Source: Eledone cirrhosa
Taxonomy: Eukaryota
NCBI GenBank assembly: GCA_964016885.1
Contig: OZ024740.1
Span: forward strand, 300,886,001-300,950,000
DNA length: 64,000 nt
Direction: 5' to 3'
This document shows positions 14,672 to 29,870 of the stretch, one piece after another (position 1 is the first letter of the stretch; the number at the start of each line of letters is the position of its first letter). The notes under the pieces are model-generated. The model was not told the origin of the DNA. It did no database searches and worked only from the letters and a program-made list of their open reading frames with translations. Position numbers and translations under genes: made by a program.

Positions 14672-14878
14672 TTAAAAAATCTCTACTACGGTAACCCTTC
14701 TACCTTTGTTTTGTTTTCATCTTTGTCTCTCTCAACTTTCACTTTCACCTGTTTTTTCCTATCTATATTTCACTTCCTACCTCGAGATTTCCCTTTGCAT
14801 TGTTGTGGCTTTCTTAAATACGTATTTTTACACATTTCACAATGCTTCAAGCAAACTTTAACACCCTCATATATATAT

Positions 14879-14918
<40 letters not shown>

Positions 14919-15032
14919 GTATTTATATATATATATATATGTATTTATATATATATATATATGTTATATATATATATATATATGTATTTATATATATATA
15001 TATATGTATTTATATATATATATATATGTATT

Positions 15033-15092
<60 letters not shown>

Positions 15093-15144
15093 TATGTATT
15101 TATATATATATATATATGTATTTATATATATATATATATGTATT

Positions 15145-15191
<47 letters not shown>

Positions 15192-15194
15192 ATG

Positions 15195-15265
<71 letters not shown>

Positions 15266-15266
15266 G

Positions 15267-15447
<181 letters not shown>

Positions 15448-15524
15448 TTATATATATATATATATATGTATTTATATATATATATATATATATGTATTTA
15501 TATATATATATATATATATATATG

Positions 15525-15635
<111 letters not shown>

Positions 15636-15660
15636 TTATATATATATATATATATGAATT

Positions 15661-15691
<31 letters not shown>

Positions 15692-15778
15692 TTATATATA
15701 TATATATATGTATTTATATATATATATATGTATTTATTTATATATATATATATGTATTTATATATATATATATATATG

Positions 15779-15813
<35 letters not shown>

Positions 15814-16024
15814 TTATATATATACATATATATATATGTATTTATATATATATATATGTATTTATATATATATATATATATATATGTATTTATATATATA
15901 TATATGTATTTATATATATATATATATATATATGTATTTATATATATATATGTATTTATATATATATATATATATGTATTTATATATATATATATATATG
16001 TATTTATATATATATATATGTATT

Positions 16025-16057
<33 letters not shown>

Positions 16058-16090
16058 GTATTTATATAAATACATATATATATGTATTTT

Positions 16091-16186
<96 letters not shown>

Positions 16187-16188
16187 TG

Positions 16189-16228
<40 letters not shown>

Positions 16229-16236
16229 CATATATA

Positions 16237-16271
<35 letters not shown>

Positions 16272-16275
16272 GATG

Positions 16276-16326
16276 AGATTCTACAGGACTAGAACTGTTT
16301 CATTCATTAGAAATCATCAGGAATCT
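16276..16326 (-). ncRNA. Type I hammerhead with monomeric stem III
   Basis: AGATTC-CTGATGA-tTTC taat GAAt-GAAA-CAG ttctagtc CTG-TA-GAATCT. Confidence 0.8.
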
Positions 16327-16690
16327 GGGTATCAAAAAATAAAAATGGTATTTATAGGTCTCTACAAGTGGTAGGAGAGGGTGGGGAGTGGGATGGGTGT
16401 AGGTCATTGGTTGATAGAAAAGGGAATTCATTAAAAGCTAATTCTACAAAGCTATAGTTTATCTTTATTTATTTATGTTTTTGGAGTAACAAGGGCAGAC
16501 AGAATTCTATAAACAGGTTCCGGATGGCATACCATTCCTTGTCATTAAGTTCCCCTTAAGCTAACAGATGTCTATAAGATCAGTGGGGGGTCAGTCATGG
16601 TCGATAGAATTAAAGAAAAGGGAGATTCTTTAAAAGCTAAAATCATTAAGGTTCTACTAAGTGACAAAGGTTTAGAGAATTCTGTAGACA

Positions 16691-16765
16691 GATTCAAAAT
16701 ACTGAGTGCATATCTTACAATTATCTTCGAAGATAATTGTAAGATATGCACTCAGTATTTTGAAT
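16691..16765. repeat. About 75 bp palindrome at the 5' end of the minus-strand HHR cassette (16272-16765)
   Basis: GATTCAAAATACTGAG..TCTTCGAAGA..CTCAGTATTTTGAATC. Confidence 0.9.
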
Positions 16766-16907
16766 CGTCATTTGTTTTTATCGTCTCCGCTGAACCGGTG
16801 CGCACTCACACTCTATGCAAATTAGTCTGCCCACTACTAATTTTCATAGAAAAAGCATATAACGATATGTGCTTTTACAATTCTCCAGAAAGGCTGGTAG
16901 ATAGGTA

Positions 16908-16952
16908 AATATTGCTGATGAGTTGTAACAACAACGAAACTAGTTCAATATT
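16908..16952 (+). ncRNA. Minimal type I hammerhead, homologue of the 478 bp array HHR
   Basis: AATATTG-CTGATGA-GTTGT aaca ACAAC-GAAA-CTAG-TT-CAATATT; outer helix TTCTCCAGAAAG/CTTTCTGGAGAA. Confidence 0.85.
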
Positions 16953-17085
16953 CCTTGTCTGGCTTTCTGGAGAATAGAGGGAAGGTGTTCCCTCAAAAAC
17001 CAGTATGACTCTAAAAACCGGTTTGTCTGTGTGTTTACATACAGAATAGCTGGGTGCTCACAGTAAAGCAACCAGTGAAAGACTT

Positions 17086-17285
17086 NNNNNNNNNNNNNNN
17101 NNNNNNNNNNNNNNNNNNNNNNNNNNNNNNNNNNNNNNNNNNNNNNNNNNNNNNNNNNNNNNNNNNNNNNNNNNNNNNNNNNNNNNNNNNNNNNNNNNNN
17201 NNNNNNNNNNNNNNNNNNNNNNNNNNNNNNNNNNNNNNNNNNNNNNNNNNNNNNNNNNNNNNNNNNNNNNNNNNNNNNNNNNNNN
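17086..17285. other. Assembly gap (200 N)
   Basis: Run of n. Confidence 1.
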
Positions 17286-17457
17286 TTGAAAAATTGATTG
17301 AATTTTACTTGTTCTGCTTATCTTAATATATATATATATATGTATTTATATATATATATATATATGTATTTATATATATATATATATTATATATATGTAT
17401 TTATATATATATATATATATATATATGTATTTATATATATATATATATATATATATG

Positions 17458-17524
<67 letters not shown>

Positions 17525-17551
17525 TTATATATATATATATATATATATATG

Positions 17552-17624
<73 letters not shown>

Positions 17625-17625
17625 T

Positions 17626-17748
<123 letters not shown>

Positions 17749-17775
17749 TTATATATATATATATATATATGTATT

Positions 17776-17832
<57 letters not shown>

Positions 17833-17881
17833 TTATATATATATATATATATATATGTATTTATATATATATATATGTATT

Positions 17882-17932
<51 letters not shown>

Positions 17933-18171
17933 ATTTATATATATATATATGTATTTATATGTATTTATATATATATATATGTATTTATATATATATATAT
18001 ATATATATATGTATTTATATATATATATATATGTATTTATATATATATATATGTATTTATATATATATATATGTATTTATATATATATATATGTATTTAT
18101 ATATATATATATATATGTATTTATATATATATATATATATGTATATTATTATATATATATATATATATATG

Positions 18172-18207
<36 letters not shown>

Positions 18208-18211
<4 letters not shown>

Positions 18212-18783
18212 TAATTTAATATATCAACTAACATAAGCGCACAGATGCACGCCCATGCTAGCAAATACACAGGTTATGTCATAGTACCTAGGTGGTTCAA
18301 TGCAGGAGAATGCAGAACAATAATCTAAAAGACGTAAAATAAGAAAATATTCTTTAAAAAAATTTTTAAAAAATTTTTTACTTACTTAAATTTTCACTCC
18401 AACTAATTAGTTTCTGCAATGGGATAAAGACAGTTACGTAATCCAACTGTCGAGAATTCATTGCGTCATCAGGGAGTCTATTCTCAGTTAAGTCACCAGG
18501 CAATGCGCGGACACTGGCGGCTCATATAAAAATAATAATAATTCGGTAGATCGAACAGCTTGCGAGGACTGGATTCTTAGTACCGAAATTCTCACTGCTT
18601 CAAGTCAAATGGCCGATTCTAAAGAATCAATCACGTGACACAGAGGCTAGTTAGAAGGAATGGGATGGTAAGATGACTGACGCCTACTAACACCCCAAAA
18701 ACATTTTTTTAAAAGTGGTTTTGGCAAGTTTGCTCGACAAATCAGTGATTTGGAGATAAATATAGATAATTTAATATATCAAC
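18208..18783 (-). mobile_element. HHR cassette, one unit of about 556 bp plus short terminal repeat
   Basis: TAGATAATTTAATATATCAACTA at both ends; near-identical to 22825-23402. Confidence 0.8.
18396..18477 (-). ncRNA. Type I hammerhead with extended stem II
   Basis: ACTCC-CTGATGA-cGCAATG..GACAGTT ggattacgt AACTGTC..CATTGCa-GAAA-CTAATTAG-TT-GGAGT. Confidence 0.78.
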
Positions 18784-18818
<35 letters not shown>

Positions 18819-18865
18819 GTATATGTATATATATATATACATATATGTATATATATATATATACA

Positions 18866-18955
<90 letters not shown>

Positions 18956-19099
18956 TGTATATATATATATATACATATATGTATATATATATATATATAC
19001 ATATATGTATATATATATATATACATATATGTATATATATATATATATACATATATGTATATATATATATATACATATATGTATATATATATATATACA

Positions 19100-19139
<40 letters not shown>

Positions 19140-19159
19140 TGTATATATATATATATACA

Positions 19160-19297
<138 letters not shown>

Positions 19298-19742
19298 TGT
19301 ATATATATATATACATATATGTATATATATATATACATATATGTATATATATATATACATATACGTATATATATATATACATATATGTATATATATACAT
19401 ATATGTATATATATACATATATGTATATATATACATATATGTATATATATACATATATGTATATATATATACATATATGTATATATATATACATATATGT
19501 ATATATATATATATACATATATGTATATATATATATATACATATATGTATATATATATATATATACATATATGTATATATATATATATACATATATGTAT
19601 ATATATATATATACATATATGTATATATATATATATATATATATACATATATGTATATATATATATACATATATGTATATATATATATATATACATATAT
19701 GTATATATATATATACATATATACATGTATATATATATGTAT

Positions 19743-19794
<52 letters not shown>

Positions 19795-19837
19795 GTATAT
19801 ATATATATATAAATATATATATATGTATATATATATG

Positions 19838-19876
<39 letters not shown>

Positions 19877-19929
19877 GTATATATATACATATATGTATAT
19901 ATATATATACATATATGTATATATATGTA

Positions 19930-20535
19930 TATCAGGTCACCAGTTGGTGCTACTGGTAACATGTATCCCAGTACAACCTGTCTCATGGTCGGGTCATTGA
20001 CGACTAAACTGGCAACCCCATCAAGGTTTCTTGGTGAGGAGGGTGACTTTGGACATCCTGCAGGACTAAAAACAAAACCTGTCAAAGGGCAAAGGAGCTC
20101 TTAAGAGTCAATGGCCATCCAAAATCACCGCGAGAGATGACCCCGTAGCCTTTGTCAAGGCAGAATTATAGGAGCAGGAAAACTCTGATATAACACCTGC
20201 AAACCTGATGGTATCCAATGATGTTGACTTGTTCTTCTTTTTGGTAAATATCATCTTGGTTAAGAGAGTGGGACTGGCTTTGTGCAGTGCCTTTGCTCAC
20301 TATAAAAGCTTCACGGCACAGGCATTGCTTTATATCTGGAGATCTCTCTGCACTTGTCGTCACATGGTACCATGCGCCCAGCACTATGTGTCAATAATTG
20401 TCACAAGTGTAGTGTTTGTACCAGAGTTTTCAAGTCGCTGGCTGGACTAAAAAGTCACACTCGTTCAGCGCATCGGTAGGGGTTCTCCTACATGATATAA
20501 AGTAGTGGCTGTACTCGAAAACGAGTTGGCAGCCA

Positions 20536-20538
<3 letters not shown>
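19930..20538 (+). mobile_element. Second copy of the RTE-derived non-autonomous element
   Basis: Near-identical to 5403..6013. Confidence 0.6.
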
Positions 20539-20577
<39 letters not shown>

Positions 20578-20622
20578 AAGTATATATATATATATATGTA
20601 TATATATATGTATATATATATG

Positions 20623-20653
<31 letters not shown>

Positions 20654-20681
20654 ATATATATGTATATATATATATATGTAC

Positions 20682-20757
<76 letters not shown>

Positions 20758-20856
20758 GTATATATATATATATATGTATATATGTGTATATGTATATATA
20801 TATATATGTATATATATGTATATATATGTATATATATATATGTATATATATGTATA

Positions 20857-21049
<193 letters not shown>

Positions 21050-21076
21050 TTATATATATATATGTATATATATATT

Positions 21077-21133
<57 letters not shown>

Positions 21134-21166
21134 GTATATATATATTCATATATTTATATATATATG

Positions 21167-21297
<131 letters not shown>

Positions 21298-21349
21298 TAT
21301 ATATGTATGTATGTATATATAATATATGTATATATATATATATATATAT

Positions 21350-21590
21350 AGAATTAATATCTAGTAACATATATATACATACAGATGCATATCAATGTCA
21401 GCAAATATATTGGTTTTGTCTTAGTAACTTTGTGGTTCAATGCATGGGGTTGCAGAACAATAATATGAGAGACGTAAAATGAGAAAATTATAAAATTAAC
21501 TTACTTACTAAAATATCACTTCCAACTTAGTAAGTTAATTTTATAATTTTCTTATTTTACGTCTCTCATATTATTGTTCTGCAACCCCAG
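21350..21590 (-). mobile_element. Short version of the 6459 cassette (partial unit + inversion only)
   Basis: Matches 6980-7220. Confidence 0.75.
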
Positions 21591-21683
21591 ATGTATTTAT
21601 ATATACATATATGTATATATATGTATTTATATATATCTATATATGTATATATATGTATTTATATATATATATATATATATATG

Positions 21684-21719
<36 letters not shown>

Positions 21720-21804
21720 AGTTAATATGTCCAGGATACTAGGTACCCAGGAGGTTGTATATTTTGTCGTTCCTGGGACGTTTAGCCCTAGGATGGGAAA
21801 ATGC

Positions 21805-21883
21805 TTCTCTGATGAGCTTTGGTTTTCCATCATGAATCCATCGGATTTATGAGGTTTTACAAAGCGAAACTGATCAGTAAGGG
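21805..21883 (+). ncRNA. Type I hammerhead with extended stem II (third family)
   Basis: TTCT-CTGATGA-GCTTTG..TCATGAATCC atc GGATTTATGA..CAAAGC-GAAA-CTGATCAG-TA-AGGG; in a cassette of about 250 bp (21720-21967) within (TA)n. Confidence 0.72.
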
Positions 21884-22008
21884 CCACTAGAAGAGGTAAA
21901 TATTTATATTATATTTTTTAATGTATTTTGAAAAATTGATTGAATTTTACTTGTTCTGCTTATCTTAATATATATATATATATGTATTTATATATATATA
22001 TATATATG

Positions 22009-22075
<67 letters not shown>

Positions 22076-22102
22076 TTATATATATATATATATATATATA
22101 TG

Positions 22103-22137
<35 letters not shown>

Positions 22138-22164
22138 TTATATATATATATATATATATATATG

Positions 22165-22235
<71 letters not shown>

Positions 22236-22236
22236 T

Positions 22237-22367
<131 letters not shown>

Positions 22368-22394
22368 TTATATATATATATATATATATGTATT

Positions 22395-22453
<59 letters not shown>

Positions 22454-22502
22454 TTATATATATATATATATATATATGTATTTATATATATATATATGTA
22501 TT

Positions 22503-22551
<49 letters not shown>

Positions 22552-22788
22552 ATTTATATATATATATATGTATTTATATGTATTTATATATATATATATG
22601 TATTTATATATATATATATATATATATATGTATTTATATATATATATATATGTATTTATATATATATATATGTATTTATATATATATATATGTATTTATA
22701 TATATATATATGTATTTATATATATATATATATATGTATTTATATATATATATATATATATGTATTTATATATATATATATATATATG

Positions 22789-22828
<40 letters not shown>

Positions 22829-23012
22829 TAATTTAATATATCAACTAACATAAGCGCACAGATGCACGCCCATGCTAGCAAATACACAGGTTATGTCATA
22901 GTACCTAGGTGGTTCAATGCAGGAGAATGCAGAACAATAATCTAAAAGACGTAAAATAAGAAAATATTCTTTAAAAAAATTTTTAAAAAATTTTTTACTT
23001 ACTTAAATTTTC

Positions 23013-23094
23013 ACTCCAACTAATTAGTTTCTGCAATGGGATAAAGACAGTTACGTAATCCAACTGTCGAGAATTCATTGCGTCATCAGGGAGT
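23013..23094 (-). ncRNA. Extended-stem-II hammerhead
   Basis: Same as 18396..18477. Confidence 0.78.
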
Positions 23095-23569
23095 CTATTC
23101 TCAGTTAAGTCACCAGGCAATGCGCGGACACTGGCGGCTCATATAAAAATAATAATAATTCGGTAGATCGAACAGCTTGCGAGGACTGGATTCTTAGTAC
23201 CGAAATTCTCACTGCTTCAAGTCAAATGGCCGATTCTAAAGAATCAATCACGTGACACAGAGGCTAGTTAGAAGGAATGGGATGGTAAGATGACTGACGC
23301 CTACTAACACCCCAAAAACATTTTTTTTAAAAGTGGTTTTGGCAAGTTTGCTCGACAAATCAGTGATTTGGAGATAAATATAGATAATTTAATATATCAA
23401 CTAACATAAGCGCACAGATGCACGCCCATGCTAGCAAATACACAGGTTATGTCATAGTACCTAGGTGGTTCAATGCAGGAGAATGCAGAACAATAATCTA
23501 AAAGACGTAAAATAAGAAAATATTCTTTAAAAAAAATTTTTTTAAAACTTTTTACTTACTTAAATTTTC

Positions 23570-23651
23570 ACTCCAACTAATTAGTTTCTGCAATGGGATA
23601 AAGACAGTTACGTAATCGAACTGTCGAAAATTCATTGCGTCATCAGGGAGT
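23570..23651 (-). ncRNA. Extended-stem-II hammerhead
   Basis: As 23013..23094 with two substitutions, both outside the proposed helices. Confidence 0.78.
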
Positions 23652-23941
23652 CTATTCTCAGTTAAGTCACCAGGCAATGCGCGGACACTGGCGGCTCATA
23701 TAAAAATGTTAGTTGATATATTAAAATGTTAGTTGATATATTAAATTATCTATATTTATCTCCAAATCACTGATTTGTCGAGCAAACTTGCCAAAACCAC
23801 TTCTAAAAAAATTTTTTTGGGGTGTTAGTAGGCGTCAGTCATCTTACCATCCCATTCCTTCTAACTATATACATATATGTATATATATACATATATATAT
23901 ATACATATATGTATATATATATATATATATACATATATGTA

Positions 23942-23973
<32 letters not shown>

Positions 23974-24218
23974 CATATATGTATATATATACATATATGT
24001 TATATATATATGTATATATATATATATGTATATATATACATATATGTATATATATATATATGTATATACATATATGTATATATATATATATGTATATATA
24101 TACATATATGTATATATATATATATGTATACATATATGTATATATATATATATGTATATATATACATATATGTATATATACATATATGTATATATATACA
24201 TATATGTATATATATACA

Positions 24219-24368
<150 letters not shown>

Positions 24369-24445
24369 TGTATATATATATTATATATATATATATATAT
24401 ACATATATGTATATATATATATATATATATATACATATATGTATA

Positions 24446-24483
<38 letters not shown>

Positions 24484-24609
24484 AGTATATATATGTATAT
24501 ATATATATATAAGTATATATATGTATATATATATATATATAAGTATATATATGTATATATATATATATATATAAGTATATATATGTATATATATATAAGT
24601 ATATATATG

Positions 24610-24642
<33 letters not shown>

Positions 24643-24643
24643 G

Positions 24644-24756
<113 letters not shown>

Positions 24757-24781
24757 GTATATATATATGTATATATATATG

Positions 24782-24855
<74 letters not shown>

Positions 24856-24860
24856 TTATG

Positions 24861-24995
<135 letters not shown>

Positions 24996-25030
24996 GTATA
25001 TGTATATATATGTATATGTATATATATATG

Positions 25031-25067
<37 letters not shown>

Positions 25068-25092
25068 GTATATGTATATATATATGTATATG

Positions 25093-25288
<196 letters not shown>

Positions 25289-25290
25289 TA

Positions 25291-25360
<70 letters not shown>

Positions 25361-25363
<3 letters not shown>

Positions 25364-25465
25364 GCTACTGTACGTCTGTATACATATATGTATGTACGTA
25401 TACATACATACTTACATTTAAATAAGTGCCGTAATAAGAGTGAGAAATGAAATTTCGTTTCATTC
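25361..25465 (+). mobile_element. Dispersed fragment of the 478 bp retrozyme-like unit
   Basis: CATGCTACTGTACGTCTG..GAGAAATGAAATTTCGTTT matches 52041-52145. Confidence 0.8.
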
Positions 25466-25576
25466 TATTCCATTTATATATATATGTCTATATATATATA
25501 TATATATGTGTGTGTATATATATATATATGTATATATATATGCATATGTATATATATATGTGTATATATATATATG

Positions 25577-25607
<31 letters not shown>

Positions 25608-25612
25608 GTGTG

Positions 25613-25661
<49 letters not shown>

Positions 25662-25702
25662 GTGTATATATATATATATGTGTATATATATATATATATG
25701 TG

Positions 25703-25735
<33 letters not shown>

Positions 25736-25766
25736 GTGTATTTATATATATATATGTATATATATA

Positions 25767-25816
<50 letters not shown>

Positions 25817-25825
25817 TATATGTAT

Positions 25826-25952
<127 letters not shown>

Positions 25953-26137
25953 GTATATATATATATGTGTGTGTGTGTGTGTATATATGTGTGTGTGTGC
26001 ATGTCTGTGTGTGTACGTATGCACATATGTGTGAATACGTAAGAGGGATGTATAAGTGCAATTTGTTTGAATTTTGTCTGACATATTCACGCCAATGGCT
26101 CTCATCCTAAGATATGTAGTGTTTACAATAACTGTTT

Positions 26138-26228
26138 CTACTGTTGGCACAAGGCCTGCAATTACCCACTACATTACTGGTACTTTATTTTATCGACCCC
26201 GTAAGGATGAAAGGCAAAGTTAACCTCG
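26138..26228 (-). mobile_element. Partial SINE (TTTGCCTTTCATCCTT..GGGTCGATAAAA family)
   Basis: Reverse complement matches copies at 35197 and 61760. Confidence 0.7.
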
Positions 26229-27969
26229 AAATAATAATTATTGAACAGAGGATGTGTCTAATAGCTAAATATTCCCTTACAATCCAGGAACTCTATTTTA
26301 GATAGGGCCGCCCACATAATGTGTCGAAATATCATTCAGAATTATTTCTACGGATGAGATTCTCAGTTTATTAGGACACAGTTAAACTGCTTTAGCGTTG
26401 AATGAATTGGGAAATATGAAACGCATAATCACCGATACTACATTATAGCTTTACTTAGGTTATCGATTATGGATACAAGTATACATTTGAAAGTCATGTA
26501 TTTACCGACGTGATAACTATCAAGATTTTAATATGTTAGATATCTCTATATTAGTATATGCATATAGGAAGACTGAGACTTTAGCAGATCAACATACATA
26601 TGTGTACATACTTTCAACATTACACAGAAACATGTTTCATAGACAGTATAGTCCTTAAGTGTTAATGTTAATAAACCGGAACAAAAACAAATATCCTCCT
26701 CGCTGCTTGTATCCATCTACTGTGAAGAAATTCATTCTGCTTTTCAATTATAAGACACTGCCCTCCTACAATAGGGGATATTGATCATCCGTTAGTTGAT
26801 AAAAAATCCTTTGTTTGTTAAAATAGTTTAGGTGTCCCCATTCATCAAATGTATTGTGCTGGACTGTTTCCCTTATGTTCCCACGCATTGTTGTGTCATA
26901 GACCATATTTACAATCTTTTCCTTTGAGACACACGTACACCGAGCTAACCTCGTATTTCTCCCTTAAAATTAACAAATCTGCTGTTTTGCATTAAAAACT
27001 ATACAATACATTGCACACTTTCAAATCTTATATATTAGAATGTTAATAATTTGCTTTTATTCATCATAATGATATTACTCCGCAGAAAACTTGACAAAAT
27101 ATGTGGTTTTATGGGATGGTAGGATCCCGACCACCTTTTAAAATTCAATTCGTTTAAAACTACCAGTTGTAGTTATGTAGCACGTATGCTTACATCATGT
27201 TCCCGTCTATTCTATTAATTCACTTTTTTATATTTCCTGTTTAATTCTCACACAGTGCTAATTTATCTTATAGGTTAAAATATATATTTATATGTTAAGT
27301 ATTTCCGTGGAAAAGGTAAAGGAAAGAAGAATGCTCTATGTATAGTACATAGATATTTAATTATGTTATAAACAAACACAATATTCCAATATCCAAGGTT
27401 TCACGAAGTCAAACGATTCTAACAGGCGCCCGATGTCGTTCATTAGATAGAAATCTTTAATATGGATATTTTTATATATATATTTTTATATATATTTATA
27501 TATATATTTTTATATATATATTGTCAAAATTATGACGCAACATAATTTATTTCCCTTCTTCTGTTATCTTGTTCTCATTTTGCGTTCAAACCTATATGTG
27601 TTTATTACTATTATCATCTTTTAAATTAATCTGTATTATTTTTTTGCCGCGCGACATTATCTCAGATCGTTCTATCTCCTCAAACCATGATTTCTTTCGG
27701 AAAAATCATAACAATTTGAAAATCAATTTCTGTTTCATATTAAAGTCACTGAATATGATAACATTTAATATTATATTGTTTTTTTCTGTTGGTTGTATGG
27801 AAAATATCACTTGCAAATCACATAGGCATTCATTAAAAGATCAGAGAAATGACTGCCTACACTATTAAATATGATAGGAATCAACTAGGGTTTTTGAAAA
27901 TAGGCTTAATACCATTTAGGTTTTCTATATGGGCAGGATTAAAGATTTCTTCTTCTTGTATTTTAAATG

Positions 27970-28065
<96 letters not shown>

Positions 28066-28115
28066 TTTCTGAATTTGTTTAGCAAGATGCTTTATCTGAA
28101 AACCTCTGTTGAAAC

Positions 28116-28280
28116 CGATATTGTTATACTTTGGGAGGTTCATGTTGCCAATAAGAAACACACGCACCAGCTGCTTTCACTCCAAATTTATTATAATTTA
28201 ATTTTAATAAATTGGAGTGAAAGCAACTGGTGCGTATGTTTCTTATTGGAAACATGACCCTCTCAAATTATAACAATATA
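28116..28280. repeat. Imperfect palindrome of about 165 bp
   Basis: CCAATAAGAAACA..CACTCCAAATTTATTA / TAATAAATTGGAGTG..TGTTTCTTATTGG. Confidence 0.85.
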
Positions 28281-28585
28281 GATATATATATATACACGTT
28301 CATTGATACCGTTTTTAATTACAGAAAACAAAGAGATATATGTATATCATAGACTTAGGTTAGTTTGATGTATAAATTAATTTAGCCATGACTTGTTAGA
28401 TGGATATAGGCGACGTTACCATAATGTAGTGTGATTTTAAGACTATGAAGCAAACCATTAATCGCACCATTGTCGGTTCGCAACACTGATCTATATACAA
28501 TTTGTTAATGATTCAAAGTACAACAGTAATAACATTGTTAAAACTGTTATTTGTATAATGAGATCTGGAACATCCTTAAACAAAA

Positions 28586-28730
28586 TGAAGGCTCATGGCT
28601 TAGTGGTTGCAATCGAAAGGTTGTGAGTTTAATTCTCGGACCGCGTGATGTGTTGTATCCCTGACAAGACACTTTATTTCACGTTGCTTCAGTTTACTCA
28701 GCTGTAGAAATGAGATGATAGGCGTGGGGT
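28586..28730 (+). mobile_element. tRNA-derived CORE-type SINE
   Basis: TGGCTTAGTGGTT A-box-like; ACAAGACACTTTATTTCACGTTGCT as at 1855-1990. Confidence 0.65.
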
Positions 28731-28799
28731 CCCTATCATTAAATAACCCAAGACACCTCCAGCGAAATATACCTCGAGGGAGGCCAGCTGAACCTGCGT

Positions 28800-29120
28800 A
28801 GGTGTGAGCTGTCACACAAAAACAAGGCATGAACAATGTGGAGGGGATCCATATTCGACGTCTTCGACTGATCCTTGGTGTCTCTCTACGCGACCGAATC
28901 TCAAACAACAATGTGCTTTTGCTACTTCTGCTGGATGAGCAGCGGAAGGCTTCCACAGCCACTTTTGTCACGAGAACGATCCATGCCCTAGAGAATCCAG
29001 CACAGAGCACCGAAGAAGACATGGGCAAAACAAATCGAGATAGACCTTGAATTGAAGAACCTCGTCCTTGCCCATGCTAATGACAGGACCATGGAAAGAA
29101 AAGCGTGGAAGAACATCATC
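28800..29120 (+). pseudogene. RTE-like LINE 3' fragment
   Basis: VEGIHIRRLRLILGVSLRDRISNNNV and LAHANDRTMERKAWKNII. Confidence 0.5.
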
Positions 29121-29149
29121 ATCCAGTGGCACACATCATCATCCAGTGG

Positions 29150-29545
29150 CACACACAGCAGTGTGTTGGCTGCAGGGAATGAACATATAATAAAAAGAGA
29201 CCATTGGGAAATGTGCAAAATATCATACCATCGAAACTCAATGTGAATGGTACGACCATATTCTTATTGGACCCGGCCTATCTGCTGAGGAATTAGAGAT
29301 ATTTCACGACGTCGACATCAAGACCAGAGTGTGCCTGAAAATGAAATGGAAAAGATCACTATATATGCAGAACTTGCAGATGTTATTAGTACTAAGCACA
29401 ATGTCGAGACAGGAGTAATACCATTCATAATTGGGGTGCTAGTCACGGTCTCCATACGCCTTACGTCTTTCATCAATGTCTTCGGGGCAGTACCCAAATT
29501 CTTATCATGCCTGGCACTTCCAGAATCCTACTTGATATATTGAGC
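29150..29545 (+). pseudogene. Restriction-like endonuclease fragment of an R2/R4-group LINE
   Basis: VPENEMEKITIYAELADVISTKHNVETGVIPFIIGVLVTV resembles the E-K-x-x-K-Y ... VIPIIIGALG motif. Confidence 0.5.
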
Positions 29546-29635
29546 GTCTTAGATAAGACACTGATCTAAGACCAATTAACGCTTCACATAGCAACCGATA
29601 ATTACAGAAAGTATTCAAAATGAATTAATATCTTA

Positions 29636-29870
29636 AAGGGCAGCAGATTGTCAGTATCGGTAGAGTGTCGGTAAAGATGCTTTGCAGCATAGAGCTGTGG
29701 CACGTTACTCAGTGAGTTTAAATCCGGCCGAGGTTAGCTATGTCTTTCACCATTACACGGTCGATAAAATAAATTACTACTAACGTACTGGGGTCGATTT
29801 ATTTGAATTCCCCTCCCTTCAAATTGTTGTATTTGTGCATAATTTAGGCACAATTATTTTATTATTATTA
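29636..29870 (+). mobile_element. tRNA-derived SINE, (ATT)n tail
   Basis: GAGTTTAAATCC B-box-like, GGTCGATAAAATAAA central domain; relatives at 35197, 38356, 59262 (minus), 61760. Confidence 0.7.

Larger units (their letters stand above)
8605..14868 (+). mobile_element. Penelope-like retroelement insertion with long 5' inversion, inside (TA)n
   Basis: Intact RT/GIY-YIG ORF; 14801-14868 repeats 11347-11414 (pLTR end running into the ORF start); inverted arm 8605-11349; the same ATGTATTTAT microsatellite variant on both flanks. Confidence 0.93.
22825..23866 (-). mobile_element. 557 bp partial tandem (about 1.6 units, 2 HHRs) with 5' inversion
   Basis: Unit restarts at about 23381; about 23725-23866 is the reverse complement of about 23265-23406. 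Confidence 0.85.

Noticed and set aside
27384-27453. Minus-strand CTAATGA-ACGA..TCGT-GAAA-CCTTGG motif
   Set aside because: G5A and broken stem III/I junctions; possibly a dead HHR but not supportable
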